Below the pieces are notes generated by a model, which saw only the letters and a list, made by a program, of their open reading frames with translations, ran no database searches and had not been told where the DNA came from. Shown here in pieces: positions 37,221-50,497 of a DNA stretch of 64,000 nucleotides (position 1 is the stretch's first letter; each line of letters starts with the position of its first letter). Both the position numbers and the translations under genes were made by a program. The DNA is from Lama guanicoe (taxonomy: Eukaryota): positions 1,535,426 to 1,599,425 of the forward strand of contig MU057073.1 in the NCBI GenBank assembly GCA_013239625.1, given 5' to 3'.

Positions 37221-37926
37221 GTGCGTACTCCCCAAACCCCCTCCCGCGGGTCCCTCTTCCCTCCCTGCCGAAGCCGAGGAGGAAGAGGGAGGGGCCGCGC
37301 TGCCGGGATAGGTTCGGTGCCGTCCAAGCCTCTTCGCAGGTGACCTCGACCGCGCAGGTAGGTGAAGGGGCCCGGGCTGGTAGAAGCCTCGGCCTCAGGA
37401 TCTTAGAGGTGGGTCGGGAACGAGTCGTGTTGGCTTTTTACCCTCCACCCCCCGACTCTTGGGATCTTGTTTTCTCTCCTCACTTGCTTCCCCACGGGGA
37501 CTCTGCCAGGTGCTAGGTGACGCAGACGCTTTAAGTGGGGGGGAGGAGGGCCCACACACTCTTGTCTGTGCAGGGCAGGCTCCCGGCCAGATACAGCAGG
37601 CACATCCCTCTGGGGTGCTGTCCTGACTGCCTCTGCCCCTTAACTCCTGCTCCTACTCTCCACCTACCTGGGCCACACAGTACCTGCCGGCCAAGCTGGA
37701 AAGCAGCTCAGGCCTCTTTTGGTCCCCTCCCTGAGGTGTCCTGGCCTCCTTGCCTGCCCCCAGGGTGTTGATGGGGCTGGGGTCCTGGCAGCAGCCCCTG
37801 TTCCTGGGTACAGCTGGATTGAGCACCTAGGGGTCTAGAGGAGTGCGTCAGGACCTGCTAAGAGTTTCCCGGATGTAGCCCGAGACCGTGGTCCAGGGAG
37901 GAGGCTTGACTGCGCCCCTCCCCCAG

Positions 37927-38050
37927 GCACAATGACAACAAGACCTTCCTGGTGTGGATCAACGAGGAGGACCACCTACGGGTCATTTCCATGCAGAAGG
38001 GGGGCAACATGAAGGAGGTGTTCACCCGCTTCTGCAGTGGCCTCGCCCAG
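37927..38050 (+). CDS. CKB: CKB exon 6 (124 nt)
   Basis: [26 protein letters not shown], including the catalytic NEED box. Confidence 0.97.
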
Positions 38051-38201
38051 GTCAGGCCCCAGGGTTCAGGCAGCCTCCTTGGGGAGCCCAGGTCTCAATC
38101 ACATCAGGAGTCCTGCAAGGGGGCTCTGGGGTCCAGACCGACGACCCCTGGGGAGGGGGGAATCTCAGCCAGGCCTCCCCTCACACCTTCTCCACTTCCA
38201 G

Positions 38202-38391
38202 ATTGAAACGCTCTTCAAGTCTAAGAACTACGAGTTCATGTGGAACCCTCACCTGGGCTACATCCTTACCTGCCCGTCCAACCTGGGCACAGGGCTGCGG
38301 GCAGGTGTGCACATCAAGTTGCCCCACCTGGACAAGCACGAGAAGTTCGCGGAGGTGCTCAAGCGGCTGCGGCTTCAGAAGCGAGGCACCG
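38202..38391 (+). CDS. CKB: CKB exon 7 (190 nt)
   Basis: IETLFK...[16 protein letters not shown] (phosphagen kinase active-site Cys motif)...LQKRGT. Confidence 0.97.
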
Positions 38392-38472
38392 GTGAGTGGC
38401 GTGGGGCCTGCAGGGAGCGCTCTCCCGCAGGCAGCCCCCAACCCAGCCCTGCTGACCTAGCTGTCTCCCTAG

Positions 38473-38651
38473 GCGGCGTGGACACGGCCGCCGTGGGTGG
38501 TGTCTTTGACGTCTCCAACGCAGACCGCCTGGGCTTCTCAGAGGTAGAGCTGGTGCAGATGGTGGTGGACGGTGTGAAGTTGCTCATTGAGATGGAGCGG
38601 CGGCTGGAGCAGGGCCAGGCCATCGATGACCTTGTGCCTGCCCAGAAGTGA
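38473..38651 (+). CDS. CKB: CKB exon 8, coding part (179 nt)
   Basis: [20 protein letters not shown]...DDLVPAQK followed by TGA. Confidence 0.97.
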
Positions 38652-38830
38652 AGCCTGCCTGCACCTGCGCCACTGCCAGCCCCACTGCTTCCTAACTTAT
38701 TGCCCAGGCAGTGCCCACCATGCACCCCTGAGGCTCGCTGATTGGCAGCTGAGCCCTTAGCCTCGCTGTAGAGACCTCCTGCCCTTGGTAGAGTTTATTT
38801 TTGTGATGGCTAAGATATTGCTGATGCTGA

Positions 38831-38836
38831 AATAAA
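38831..38836 (+). terminator. CKB: CKB polyadenylation signal
   Basis: AATAAA about 180 nt after the stop codon, followed by GT-rich sequence. Confidence 0.9.
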
Positions 38837-40544
38837 CTAGGGTTTTTGGCCTGCCCCAGGTCTGTGAGTGGTGCCTCCTCTTTTTGGGGGCAGCCTGGGG
38901 CCCAGGAACTGGGCTTTGGGACCTGATCCTTGGGTCTGCCCTTTCTGCTTCACTGTAAGATGGGAAAGTAGTTGGGAGGCAGTCACCTTGCTGTACCCCC
39001 CAATCCTATTCCATGAACCTCTCTGCCATCCTGTCTACTTGGCTTCTCTACAGGCCTGGAGCGGGCTGGTTGGGGAGGGGCAAAGAGAGGGAGGAGCCCC
39101 AGGCTGGTGGAGCCCCAGCCTGAGCATCTAAGGGACATTTGGAGTGGGGCTGGGGCCAAGGCCTTGGTTCAGCCCCACCCTGTGGCATGGGGGAGATGTT
39201 GCTGGGGGGTGGGGGGCTGGAGCCCAGAAACTTGGTACCTTTCCAGTCTTCCACCCCCAGAACCCTGTTCCTCCTCTTCCTGGCAGCTTCTCCCTGCCGC
39301 CTCCCCAACACCAACACCCACTCTGTCTCCTAAATAATCTCTCTCCTCCACTTCCCTTCCAGCCTCCACTCAGGCTGAACTGACCCCTTGCTGGCCCCAG
39401 GCCTTGCCCTCCAGCCCCTTCCATGGAGCCCCGGTGCCCCTTTACTGCCCCCTTCTCACAGCCTCCTCTCCAGGACCCTCAGGTGCCCTAGTCCCTGGGC
39501 CTTCCATGGCGGGTCCCCACCACAGGGTCCCCGAGCAGGAAGGAGGTTGGGGCTGTTCAGGGCATCATGGTCTCTAGGTCTGCTTCCTAGCCACTTCCCA
39601 GGTGCTGTGGTCCCCAACTAGTCTCTCATTCAAGGGTCCCACTTCCAGCCAGGGCCTGGGGAGCCGAGGTGGGACACAGCCAGGGGCCCTGGGCGTGTCC
39701 TCCAGCTCCTCAGCTCTGCGGATGGCCCGTGCTGCCACCTGCTGGCCAGGGCTGCCTCTGTCCTGTGCTGGCACTGCCCGAGAGAGCAGGAGCAATGGGA
39801 AGGCTCCTGGCTAGTCCTGGAGCTGCCCACGAACAGGTGACTGTGCCCACACCACCTTAAGGTGGGCACAGGTGCCTGAGGGGCCTGGTCAGACAAGCAA
39901 ATCATGTCCTGAGGAAGTGTTTCAATACCCTCCTTTCACCATCTGGACTGTCAGAATGGGGCGCTCCCTGAACCACCTATGAGCTGAAACCCCAACTGCC
40001 CCTTGCAGGCCTCTCTCATCCAGGAAGGCCAAGTGGGCAGGGTTTGACAAGGCAGTGAAGTCAACTCCCTTGGAGCCTGAGCCTCACCCTCTTGCCCTCT
40101 GCCTGCAGCTGGGGCGGAGCACACACAGCACCTGGGTCCTTGGGAAGCTGGTCAAGAGGGCAGGGCGGGCACTGCTCCCTGGGCCCTGGGGGAGAGGACT
40201 CTCCTCGGCCACCGCTGCTCTCCTTCGCCACCTGTTTCCCACCATCGTTTCCCCCTTGCCTCGGTTTTTACTTCTCTTTCTTGCTTATTTACTGGCTCTA
40301 CTTCCTGCACAATGTAAGTCACATTCATTCCTTTTGGACAAGACCGCTTACTCCACACGCCGGGGGCACCCCTTCGATGTAACTCCCTCCAAGCTCCCTC
40401 CCCTTCGATTCCAGAGACCTTTCAACAGTGATTTCCATCCTCCTTAAAATCATGGTCAAACGTGGGAGGCCTAAGAAACACCCTCCTCCACGACAACGTG
40501 CCTTTGTTCCTCACCCGCGGTCTTGGGCAGAGGGCACCAGCCAG

Positions 40545-40755
40545 CAGTGGTGACAGCATCGGACGCAGCACCCGGCACCCGCACGTGATGGGGGGTCCCC
40601 AGGCACTGTGCGGCACTCAGCAGGATTCCTAGCCTCCAACCTCTAGATGCCAGAGGTATCACCCGTCCTGCCTGGGACAGTGGGGAAACAATGTCTCCGG
40701 ACAGTACTAACTGTCCCCTGGGGGCCCAAATCGTCCCCAGCCTGAGAATGGCTGC
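40545..40755 (-). mobile_element. MER20 DNA transposon
   Basis: CTCTAGATGCCAG...AATGTCTCCGGACA...TGTCCCCTGGGGGCCCAAATCGTCCCCAGCCTGAGAA is the reverse complement of the recalled MER20 consensus. Confidence 0.8.
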
Positions 40756-43700
40756 CCCACAGAAATAATGAAGAGTTGCTTCATTATTTACTCAGAACTG
40801 GGGAGGACTGGTCAGGGCGGCCAACAATAAAGGGCTGGTCAAAACCAGGACCGCTCCCTGAAGGGGCGCCCTGCAGGCATCCACAGCAGCAGGAACTCCG
40901 TGAGATGGCAACCTGCTGAGAAAAAACCCAAGCGCGAGAGCAGCTGGTGAAACCGCCTGTACCCTGCAGGCCCCGCACCGCACGCGTGTGGGGAAGGCCC
41001 GCAGAACAGGAGCTGGTGGTGGGCGGTGGGGTACCAAGTGATTTCCTTCTTTATCCTTTATTTCCCACGTTTTCTACAGTGAACATTTATTACTTACATA
41101 AGCCAAAACAAATTCCTTTTTTTTTTCTTTGACTGTTTAAAAAAATGCCTGTGTGTGTCCCGGTTGGTGGGAGACTGCCGGGGCTGCGGGACAGGACTGC
41201 CCCAGCCCCTCCTTCGCTGCGGTGAACCTCTCCCCGTTCTGGGGGTGGAAACCGAGGGGAGAGGGGACTGGCTGAGGATCACCAGTGAGACCAACCAGTT
41301 CCAAGTCCTGAGGTCTCTTCACTGCTCTTTGACTTTTCAGAACATTCCAGACGTCGTCCAGCATGCAGGACCTGGTGCTCTTGGCAGTGGCTGAACAGGC
41401 AGCAGTGCCTGAACGGTCCTTACTCTGCACTTCTCTTGGGAGCTGCTTGCTGCCCACACCAAGGCCTCCTGAAGCTCCCCCCGGGGGGGGGTGTCACATA
41501 CGTGCTCACGAATTCTAGGATAATTTCCTTTTCCCCAGGTAAACCACCTTTTCATTAACAAGGAGTCGTCTTGTTGGCTGTGAGGTTTCCAGTGCACAGG
41601 GGACAGCACGGCAGCATGGAGAAGCGGGGCCTTTCTGGTCCTGCAGGGGGTGGAGGCTTTTCACATGTGAGCTGGGTGACAAATCGTGCTTCCTGAGTCT
41701 GGCTAGAGGCTTTCTGCCGGGACCCATGCACAGCACCCGGACTCCCTCCACCTTGCTCCCCACACCTGTCTTTGCATACTGGCTCTGCTTTGCCAAGGAC
41801 ACAGTGAAGCGAGGATGTTCTGTTTGGTTTCAGAAGTCCTAACCTTTACACCTTTCTCAGAGTTGGGGCCTTGTCAAAATTTAAGGCTCGACTTAAATAG
41901 TCAAGCTTGAGACTCAAAACCAAACAGCACTCCTCCCGGCTCCTCACGTTTCTGATCGGTCTCTGTGCAGAGGCGGCTGCAAGTCTTCTGGCAGCCTTCT
42001 CCCCTTCTGCGTTCCTAACAAGAGCCTAGCATGCAGCTGCCCAGCTCGAGGGCCAATTCCAAGACGCCGCTGCAGCAGCCGTGGGGTAAGATGCTCAGGA
42101 GCCACCTGAGACAAGGGCACTAAGCACGGCGAGTGGAGCACCTGCATGTTTAACCTGGCGCACTCGTGGGTCATGGCCAGTACCCCTCCTGACTTGGCGA
42201 TGGGACGGGCTGGGACTGTGCCTGGCCACAAGCTAATCCCGCTGCAAGGTCAGGCCTGGGTCGGTACCTGCTGGTTCACGTAGGGTCCTGAAGGGCTTGG
42301 AGGTGAAATCTATCCAGGAATTTAGTTCGAAGAGAGACCAGTAGCTCCAGAAACAGCCTGGCTTTGGGCATCTCCCCCAGTGTGCACTCCAAAGGGCACA
42401 TGTGAGACCAGAGACTGATGGCAGTGGCACCAGCACCTCCAGACTTCTCATTTGCCATTCTGGTCCAGCCCCGCCGGGCTCCCTTCTGCATGCCTGCGTT
42501 CTTCTTGCCACACTCTGCCCTGCCTACCCAAAGCTCAGGGCCCACCCATGCCCATCTCCAGGGAAGGCTTCCCCACCTGCTCAGCCCTCCTCTGGGAAGG
42601 ACCACCCATCCTCCTCTTGTGGCTTTATCCTCTGTCACCCTCCCCGTGACACAGTTTCACCGTACATCTTCTGAGAATGGTGGCTATGGGGTCAGGCTTT
42701 GGGTCTTCCTTGCTTCAGCCCACCTGAACTGGGCTGTTCTTATTACGCGTACAGGTGGTCTGTGTTAACACATGCCCAGGTTACTAGAGATACACAACTG
42801 GCAAATAAAAAGAATAAACAAACAAAATAGAACGAAAGTTACATTAAATTTTCACTGAAGTAAAAAGTCTAGTTTTGTCAATACTTTCGACTCATCAACT
42901 GTCCAACTTTAGTAGTACTTAAAATTCATTACAATTTCAAAAAAAGAAGTTAATAAAGGTGGGTGGCCCATACTGATCCGTACTTGAAACTTGACTCTGT
43001 GCTTGACAGGGGCCTCCTGCTGCACCAGCAGCCATGGCACGTGTGCCTCTCTAGGGAGGAAACGCTCTCAGCAGAGGGAGGCCAGTGGTCCTGGCTCCTT
43101 GTTCTTCCTCAAGACCAGAAAGGACCCAGGAGCTGACTGCTCTCCTCTCTTCTCCAGCCTCCAGGACACAGGACAACATGACTTTCGCTTTTCCAGCGCA
43201 GTGCCAGTGTCGTGGTTCAATTAATTACTGCCATGATACTAGGAAACGCAGTCCAGCAAAACGTGCCCTACACAGTTAGCAACATCAGGACGAGAGGAGG
43301 GAAGGCATGGTCTTCAGGGTAACAGGAACTCCCACCCACCACCCACTGAGTCGGTATTTGACGAGCCATGAGATGAGTCCATCACCAGTCTCTAGAGCTC
43401 GGAGAGGAGGGGACCCGGGGACACAGGGCATTGGGGCCACAGAGGAGAGAAGCCAGAGGGGCTGAGGCCGGGAGGGTGAGAACTCCAACCACTGGAGGCA
43501 GTTAAGTGACGGCTGAGCTGGTACAGAAGGAGCAGAAGCGGGCCTGGGGACACGGCTCTCAGGGGCACCCTCAACCAGGATTCCGGTGCCAACTAATGAA
43601 CACGTCTGCACGTGCTCCTACTTCCTGGCTCATTTCCATGCAGAATACGCCTGCTTTGAGGTATTCACACCAACCCACGCCTGCTGGCAGCTCCCAGCCC

Positions 43701-46700
43701 AGAGAGAGAGGCCAGTCAGTGCAGACCTCACTCTGGAAGGAGCGGGGGTGCCAGGTGTTCACACTGTGATGCTTCCTCCCTGGTCCCCGGGACCTGGCTC
43801 CCCAGGGCAGCAGGTCTGTTTTGGTCTGATGGCAGCAGAGCTCTACCCTGAAGCCAAGTCACTCCCTAAGGAAGTGTTGGGCCAAATCCCCCTGCGCAGA
43901 ACAGAGGCGCCCTGAATGAGACATGCTTTCCTGGGATGGTGACGAGACAGAGACTGCCCAGCAGCATACCCGCACACCCCCCGGGGCGGGCTGGACCTGT
44001 AATCTCCACCTGCCTCCCCCACCCAGACTGGGCTTCCTGCTCGGTCCTGAGCCCCCGCGTCCCCCCTTGCAGCACTGGCCACACCAGGTTTCAAGACCAT
44101 ATGTTCCTCTTCCTATGAGAATGAGCTTTTAAAGGACATGGGTTTTACCTTATTTTTGGATCCCCAGAGCTCAGCACAGGGCCCTCCAGAGTGGCCACCA
44201 TCTCATACCATCTCCCCCGAAAATATGAATGTAGATCAATGAACACATGAACAAACCAACAATGATAAAAAGTCCTTACACCTTGTCCTGAAACACCTGA
44301 GAAGAACTGGAGCAGCTTAAGTTGAAGAAGCAAAATTCAGGGAGGGACACAACTTTTATCTTCAGATATTTGAGCCATGACTTGTTAAAGCTCCCCAGAG
44401 CAGGAGATACTACGGGGAGGTATCAGGAAAATGCAGCCCCAGCCAGCACGGCCCCAGGCCCTGGGGGGTGCCTGTGAGTGCCCTGCACCCAGGTGGCCCA
44501 GCAGAAGCTGGAGAAGTTCCTCATGAGCCACTGCAGACTTCCCTCCTGCTTGAGGGATGAGTTCTGGCTTAAAATAACCCTGCGAGGTGGGTTCAGTGGG
44601 TGGGATGTAGAGAGCAGGAAATTACAAGAGGCACAGGCTGGGGGAAGAGCCATGCACGGTGTGATCGGTTGTCTCTTTTCTCAGCGACACCCCCACGAAG
44701 GCCCCATAGTTAGAAAGCACGGAAATCTGCTTCCAGGGAGCTGGGAGAGGGTGTGAGAACATTGGGGTAACCTGCCAGCCCTAGCACCCAGACAACAACA
44801 CAAATACATCAAGAAGGCAGCAGAAATGCCTGACGTGGCCCCTGGCCTCCCCCTCAAGGTGACCCCTCTCTCCCGCTCAGCGGGTCTCAGCTGCAGCCTG
44901 GCACCGAGACAAAGCAGGCAGAGTGACGGCCACCGTTAGTGAATCTCGGAATCCGGAAGAACACGGCTCCCATGCGCTGCCAAGCCTCAGGTGGCCATCC
45001 TCTTTTAACAGACTGAATCCAAACACTGCTGACCGTGTGACTCCTCGTGCTCTGGGGCAGATTAAGGCACTAAGCCAAGCATTTCACATCTGACAGCAAA
45101 TGTCATGTGACGCAGGATCTACATCCACAGCAACCAGCAGGGTCTGAGCCCGTCCTCAGCTGGATACACAATGTGGGCGTCAGCCAGACAGGTGGCGTAG
45201 AGAGAAGCGCACTGGCCCAACCTGCCCGTGGACTCCATTCTCATCACCCGAGCCTCGTCTGTAAAACAGGAAAGGCTGGGAGAGCTGCTGGAGACCAAGC
45301 AGGATGGGTGCCAAACCAAAACACGGCTCCCCACTGCTGCCGCCTGCCTGCCTGGGCCGTCTGGGGAGGGGCAGCCATGGGGGAACCCGGATGGGGGACA
45401 GCGGCCACGTTTTCCAGACCCCTCTGGCCTGTGCTTCGTCATCATCACCACCAGTACTAAATGAATACTGAGTGTAAACTCTGGACTAGGCACTATTCTA
45501 GGTATGTGGGTGACAGGGAAAAAAAAAAAGATGAGGATTCCCGCCCCCTCCCCGGCTTCTCTTCTAGTAAGGGCAGGGAAGGGACACACAACGGACGAAA
45601 CCAAGCTGTCAGGGACGTCTGCTAGGGTGACAGGAGCAGCAGATGGTGAGAGGGCAGAGCTGGGCAAGCAGGCCTGGGAGAGCTGGGTGCAATTTTAAAC
45701 GTAACAACCAGGGCAGGCCTGAGGACACGGGAGCAAAGTGTGCAGGGTGGGGGGCCATCAGTCTCCTCCTGTTCACCCTCTTATCTGGGCTCCCGGCTTT
45801 TCCTTGTCTTCTGGGGACACCGGCAAAGGCCTGGGGCCAAAAGGTGCGGCACAGGCCTGTCAACTCTCCCAATAGCCAGCTCAGAGCCCAGAACTTTAGA
45901 AACCGGGGAAATTTCCTTATCAAATCTCTGCTGGCAGGGCAGCGTCTTCTTCTCAAAGGCGGTGCCCGCTGTTTAAGGACCTCTGTGCCTTGGGTGAGCC
46001 GGGAGGGAGGGAGGATTAGCTTGTACTCTTGTTTAAAGATCTGAACCTCGTGAGCCGCCCTGCTCGCTAACATCTGCCCCGCACCCTGCTCTGCACTTGC
46101 CATCCATCTGGTGGGCTCTGCCAACAACCCACGGTGAGAGATTACTACTAACCGTGCTGACTTTATACAGGAGGAAAGTGAAGTTAACCTGGAACCTGGA
46201 AACCAGGCTGCCTCGGTCAAGGGCCCCCACCCACAAAGCCTCACCGCCCAATTCCCTTAACAGGCACTGATGTCTGCGTGGAGTGAACCCTAAGAGCCCC
46301 CACTTTGGGCCCTGCCTGGCACCGGCCTCCCTGGCCACCCGAGTCCTGCTGCAGTGACCAGCTCAGTGCCTCTGCTGTGCCAGGGGCTCGCCTCCTGGCA
46401 GAGCTCTTTCTGACTTCTGAGGATCACAACGCTGCTTGACACTTATCACCCCAAATTTCACTGGTGGCTGCTCAGCTGCCACCTCACCACACACCACGGC
46501 GAGCACTGTCTCTGAGGAAGCATTACCTCTGGCTGGGTTCTGTCTCTCCAAGTGGTAAACCAAAGACCAACTTACAAAGCTGCTGGACTTTGCCCTCCTT
46601 GCTGACTGGCAAGGACACCAAGTTCTACTCAGGGACAGTCACACCATGACTCACCTGTGCGCTGTCAACACCTGCAGGGCGTGTCATTCTCTTCATGTCG

Positions 46701-46781
46701 CTCCCTCTAAGAGCAACCACTTCCCCCCATTTAAAAGTAGCTGCTGAGCCGTCTAGAGGACCTCATGGTAAATTAGCAATT

Positions 46782-46816
46782 CAACACAACACAACACAAC
46801 ACAACACAACACAACA
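46782..46816. repeat. (CAACA)7 microsatellite
   Basis: Seven perfect pentamer units. Confidence 0.95.
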
Positions 46817-48299
46817 AATCTAATAAAAGTAAACCGAGTCCAAGCCCTTCCTCATTCTCGACCACATTTCTGAGGCCCCTCCTGCCCGAGATGGACAGAA
46901 GGGGCAGCGACTCACAGACACGCGCCTCCACATCCCTGCGTCTCCCCTGCGCCTGCACTCACGGGAGACACAAGCCCTCCGTGGACCCCAAGGCCACCAA
47001 GCGCCACTCACTGAAGAACCGAGGGGACGGGGCGCTCCAGGGCTGGTTTCCACAACAACAGCAACCTGTTCATACCGCAGAGGGAGAGTCCTCTTTTAAA
47101 CAGCACTGTTCTCTAGACCTCTGGAGAAGCACGTGCTGTGAGAGCAGCCGCGGCTGCGCTCCTGCACGTTCCCAAGCCCTCCGCACGGCCTTCACTTCAG
47201 AAACGGAGGGACAGCCCGGGACCCAGGCGCGTCTTGGTTCCTCTGATGTGCCTGGTCTGGGTGCGAGGAAAGCTGGCATAACGGGAATAGTAACCTTATC
47301 TTCAGGAGTAGGACAACACTCTGGTTGTCGGGTAAGTAAATCCAGCGCTGTGGCCCCACCAGCTACCTCACCTGACCTGAGAGATTCCAAGCGAGTAAAT
47401 GAGGGAAAAACAGGGCTTTATCTCAATGATGAAAATACTCTAGTCTAGAATATTCCTTTTCAAAATTCACTGTATGAAAAATAAAAATTATACATCCCAA
47501 GAATGTAGTATGTAAAGGAAGGGCATGGGCCCCTTAGCAACGGAGGAAACAAAGTTAACACTTCCCGTGCTGCCGCTGGACCCAAATCTATGTTGGTCAG
47601 TCATGGAGCCTTTTAAATACAACCAGTTCAGATGACTTCTGGGGGTGCACACTAGTATCACAGACACATGCCACTTCTAACTGGATCAGTAATGTACTGA
47701 AATGCAGAGAAGGCTTATGACAAGCAATCAAAATTAAGAACATTTCTGTCTGCAAAAAGAGCGACCATTTTATCAGGGCAGGTGGGAAGCTAATCTCTCT
47801 TAAAGGAGTTTGTTTAACTTCTAGTGTTCAATTTGTCCTTGAGAACATAAATAGAGAAAACAATTTAAAAGGCGTACTGGGCTAAAGGGTAAGAAACTCG
47901 GCTGCAGCCACACCCCTGCTTGGCAGGGCACTGCCTCACCTCTGCAACTCCTGCAGGGCGGGCCTGCACCGGAAGCCGCCCACACTGAGCTCAGAAACGC
48001 GCCGAAATGGGAAGGGTCTGGACAGAGAGGAAAAAGGCTAGAGTGAAAAAAGGAGGGGACTTCTTTTCTAATCATGAAGGCTTGAACGTTCCAGGTGAAG
48101 TTAAGGTGAAAACGACCTGCTCCGTTGTTAGGTCAAAGGGCATTCACCCCGTCCCCTCCCCCGCTGGGGCCCACAGGCCGACGTGCCCCCTACTGCACGA
48201 CGTCTCCTCCCTGGCCTCAGCAGGCACTATCTCTGGGGCTCAGCACTGGCCTTCTCCTCTCAGCTTTAAATAGGAACAGTCCACCTGCCCAGCGCTCCT

Positions 48300-49020
48300 G
48301 AGGTCTCTCCCGGGTCCCCACCTCGTTCTAAAGGCATCTCAAAAGCTAGGTATCCGAACCTGCTCTTCCACCCCTAGACTTCTCCAGGCAACCTGCCCCA
48401 GTTTAACAGATGGGAACCGCATCCTTTCTGCTGCTCAGGGCAAAAACCGAACAGTCACCCTTGGCTTGTTCTCACTCACCCATTTCCAATCCATGAGTAA
48501 ATGCAGTTGACTATTTCAAAACACCCAGAATCCAAGCACCGTCTCGCCAAGTCAGCATCACTTCTTGCCTAATTACTTTCATCAGCCCTCAAATGCCTTT
48601 CCTGATCTCTGCTTGCTCCCTGTGATAAAGTCACAACATAGCAGCTGGAGCAGCCTTTGAAGGCCCAAGGCCACTCTTCTGCCGAACACTCCCTCTGCTC
48701 CCACCTCTGAGGAATGGGCACATTCACAAGGGCCTGCACAGCCCGCCTGGTGTTCTGACCGGCTCTCCCACCACTGTGTGCTCCGGCCTCAGCCTGGCGC
48801 TCCACGGAGATGAGCCCAGGTGCCTCCCTCTGCTCAAGCACCACGTCCCCGCCTGTCGCCCTATTTAACATGGCACGTTCCCGAGCCCCGAGCCCTCTGG
48901 AATGCCAGACCCAGCGCTGTGACTTCCTCCTGCCACTCACCACTTCGCCTCACACTAGGTACTGTATTGTTGTTTATTGGTTGCTGCCCCTTTAGGACAC
49001 AAGCTGTAAGAGTCTAGGGA
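48300..49020 (+). mobile_element. L2 LINE remnant
   Basis: AGGCATCTCAAA...CTGCTCAGGGCAAAAACC...CAATCCATGAGTAAATGC is typical of degraded L2. Confidence 0.6.
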
Positions 49021-49584
49021 TACACCCCGAACACCCACAGGGAGTGTTTACAACAGTGATTGTCTGCCCAGACTTCCACACGCGGACAAACCCAGAATCC
49101 ACACAGCACACCCACAGTGCGACAATTTCAACACGAGATTAAAGCATCAGAGCTCATGACCCTCACTACGTAACCATGTAGGTGTTGGAAAAAGTTGTGG
49201 GTCTGATTCGTGTACTGAATCACAAAAAACGAGGGGAAAGTTACATACTTCTTGGAGAACCAGCCCAGAACTGACAAGAGCGGATGTTCCTCCATACGCA
49301 GTCTCGAGGCTTAGGCTCCAGCCACTCCCGGCCCCCATTCTTCTCAGATCACCAGGAGGCCCGTCTTCTCCTGGCGCTGCCTTTGGAGAAAAAGATGCTC
49401 ATGATCACAAAATGTTGGGATCCGTACTAAGGACAAAGTGGCCCCGGTCTTCATACACTTTCCGTTGGCTTCTGTTCAACTTGGTGGTGGAGGTAAAAAT
49501 AAATACTTTTAGCCACTGCCTTCAGCTGAGTCTTAAATACAGTATTAGGAGACAATGCAAGATTTTACTGAGAAAAAGTGAATT

Positions 49585-49590
49585 TTTAAT
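49585..49590 (-). terminator. MARK3: Probable MARK3 polyadenylation signal (ATTAAA)
   Basis: ATTAAA on the minus strand at the end of an AT-rich 3' UTR, about 560 nt downstream of the stop codon. Confidence 0.7.
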
Positions 49591-50151
49591 TATCTTGTGA
49601 AACTACTTAGAAAAACACACAATGTTCACAACTATAAATTTAAACCTTTTGCACTAAAAACCATGAGACAACAAACACAAAACCACAGGCATGAACTGTA
49701 AACCTGTATTAACTGTCAACTAGTCTTGAAGTTAATTCTTAGTAGTATTTCAGTATTTTCCTTCTTGGCAATTCTAATGTTTTAGCACCAAAGGATCTCC
49801 CACAGAGGTACTCGTGACAACTCTGGTTGCCAGTGTAAGGAGATGCTTCCGTCTGCACTACTTCACACACGCGCCGTCCACTCTCACACCCGCACAGGAG
49901 GCATGTGGAGATGCTGTCACACGCTGACAATGGAAATAAGACAGAGGGCACACGTGTCNNNNNNNNNNNNNNNNNNNNNNNNNNNNNNNNNNNNNNNNNN
50001 NNNNNNNNNNNNNNNNNNNNNNNNNNNNNNNNNNNNNNNNNNNNNNNNNNNNNNNNNNNNNNNNNNNNNNNNNNNNNNNNNNNNNNNNNNTTCCATCAGT
50101 GTTCATGAAAACACTTTAAACTGCTACTTAATTTACACCGTAATTACCGGG

Positions 50152-50497
50152 TTACAGCTTTAGCTCATTGGCAATTTTGGAAGCAATATTTTTGAAAGCT
50201 ATGGACGTCCCTGATATCCGCTTGAACCGGACCCCATTCAGAGACAGTCTGGGCAGCTTGCACACCTCCATCTCCCACTGCACGAGGCTCTCTGCGTGCC
50301 CATCGCCGTGGACACAAAAGAGCAGGAAGCGCTCTCTCTGCTCATAGTCGCAGTTATTGGCGTCCAGCACTTTGCGGATCTCCCGCATCATGTCATTGGG
50401 ATCCATGGAACTAGTGGTTTTCATGCTCCAGGTAAAGCGCAGGGAACGAGGCTTTGCTTCTTTGTTTTCCTCCTTTTGTTCAGCAGATACGTTGCGA
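50152..50497 (-). CDS. MARK3: MARK3 (C-TAK1) last coding exon, KA1 domain
   Basis: Acceptor TGCATTTCAG|; [33 protein letters not shown]...[14 protein letters not shown] followed by TAA. Confidence 0.97.

Noticed and set aside
35984-38651. CKB as a pseudogene lacking exon 4
   Set aside because: The missing exon coincides with an N gap of the right size; promoter, splice sites and catalytic motifs are intact.
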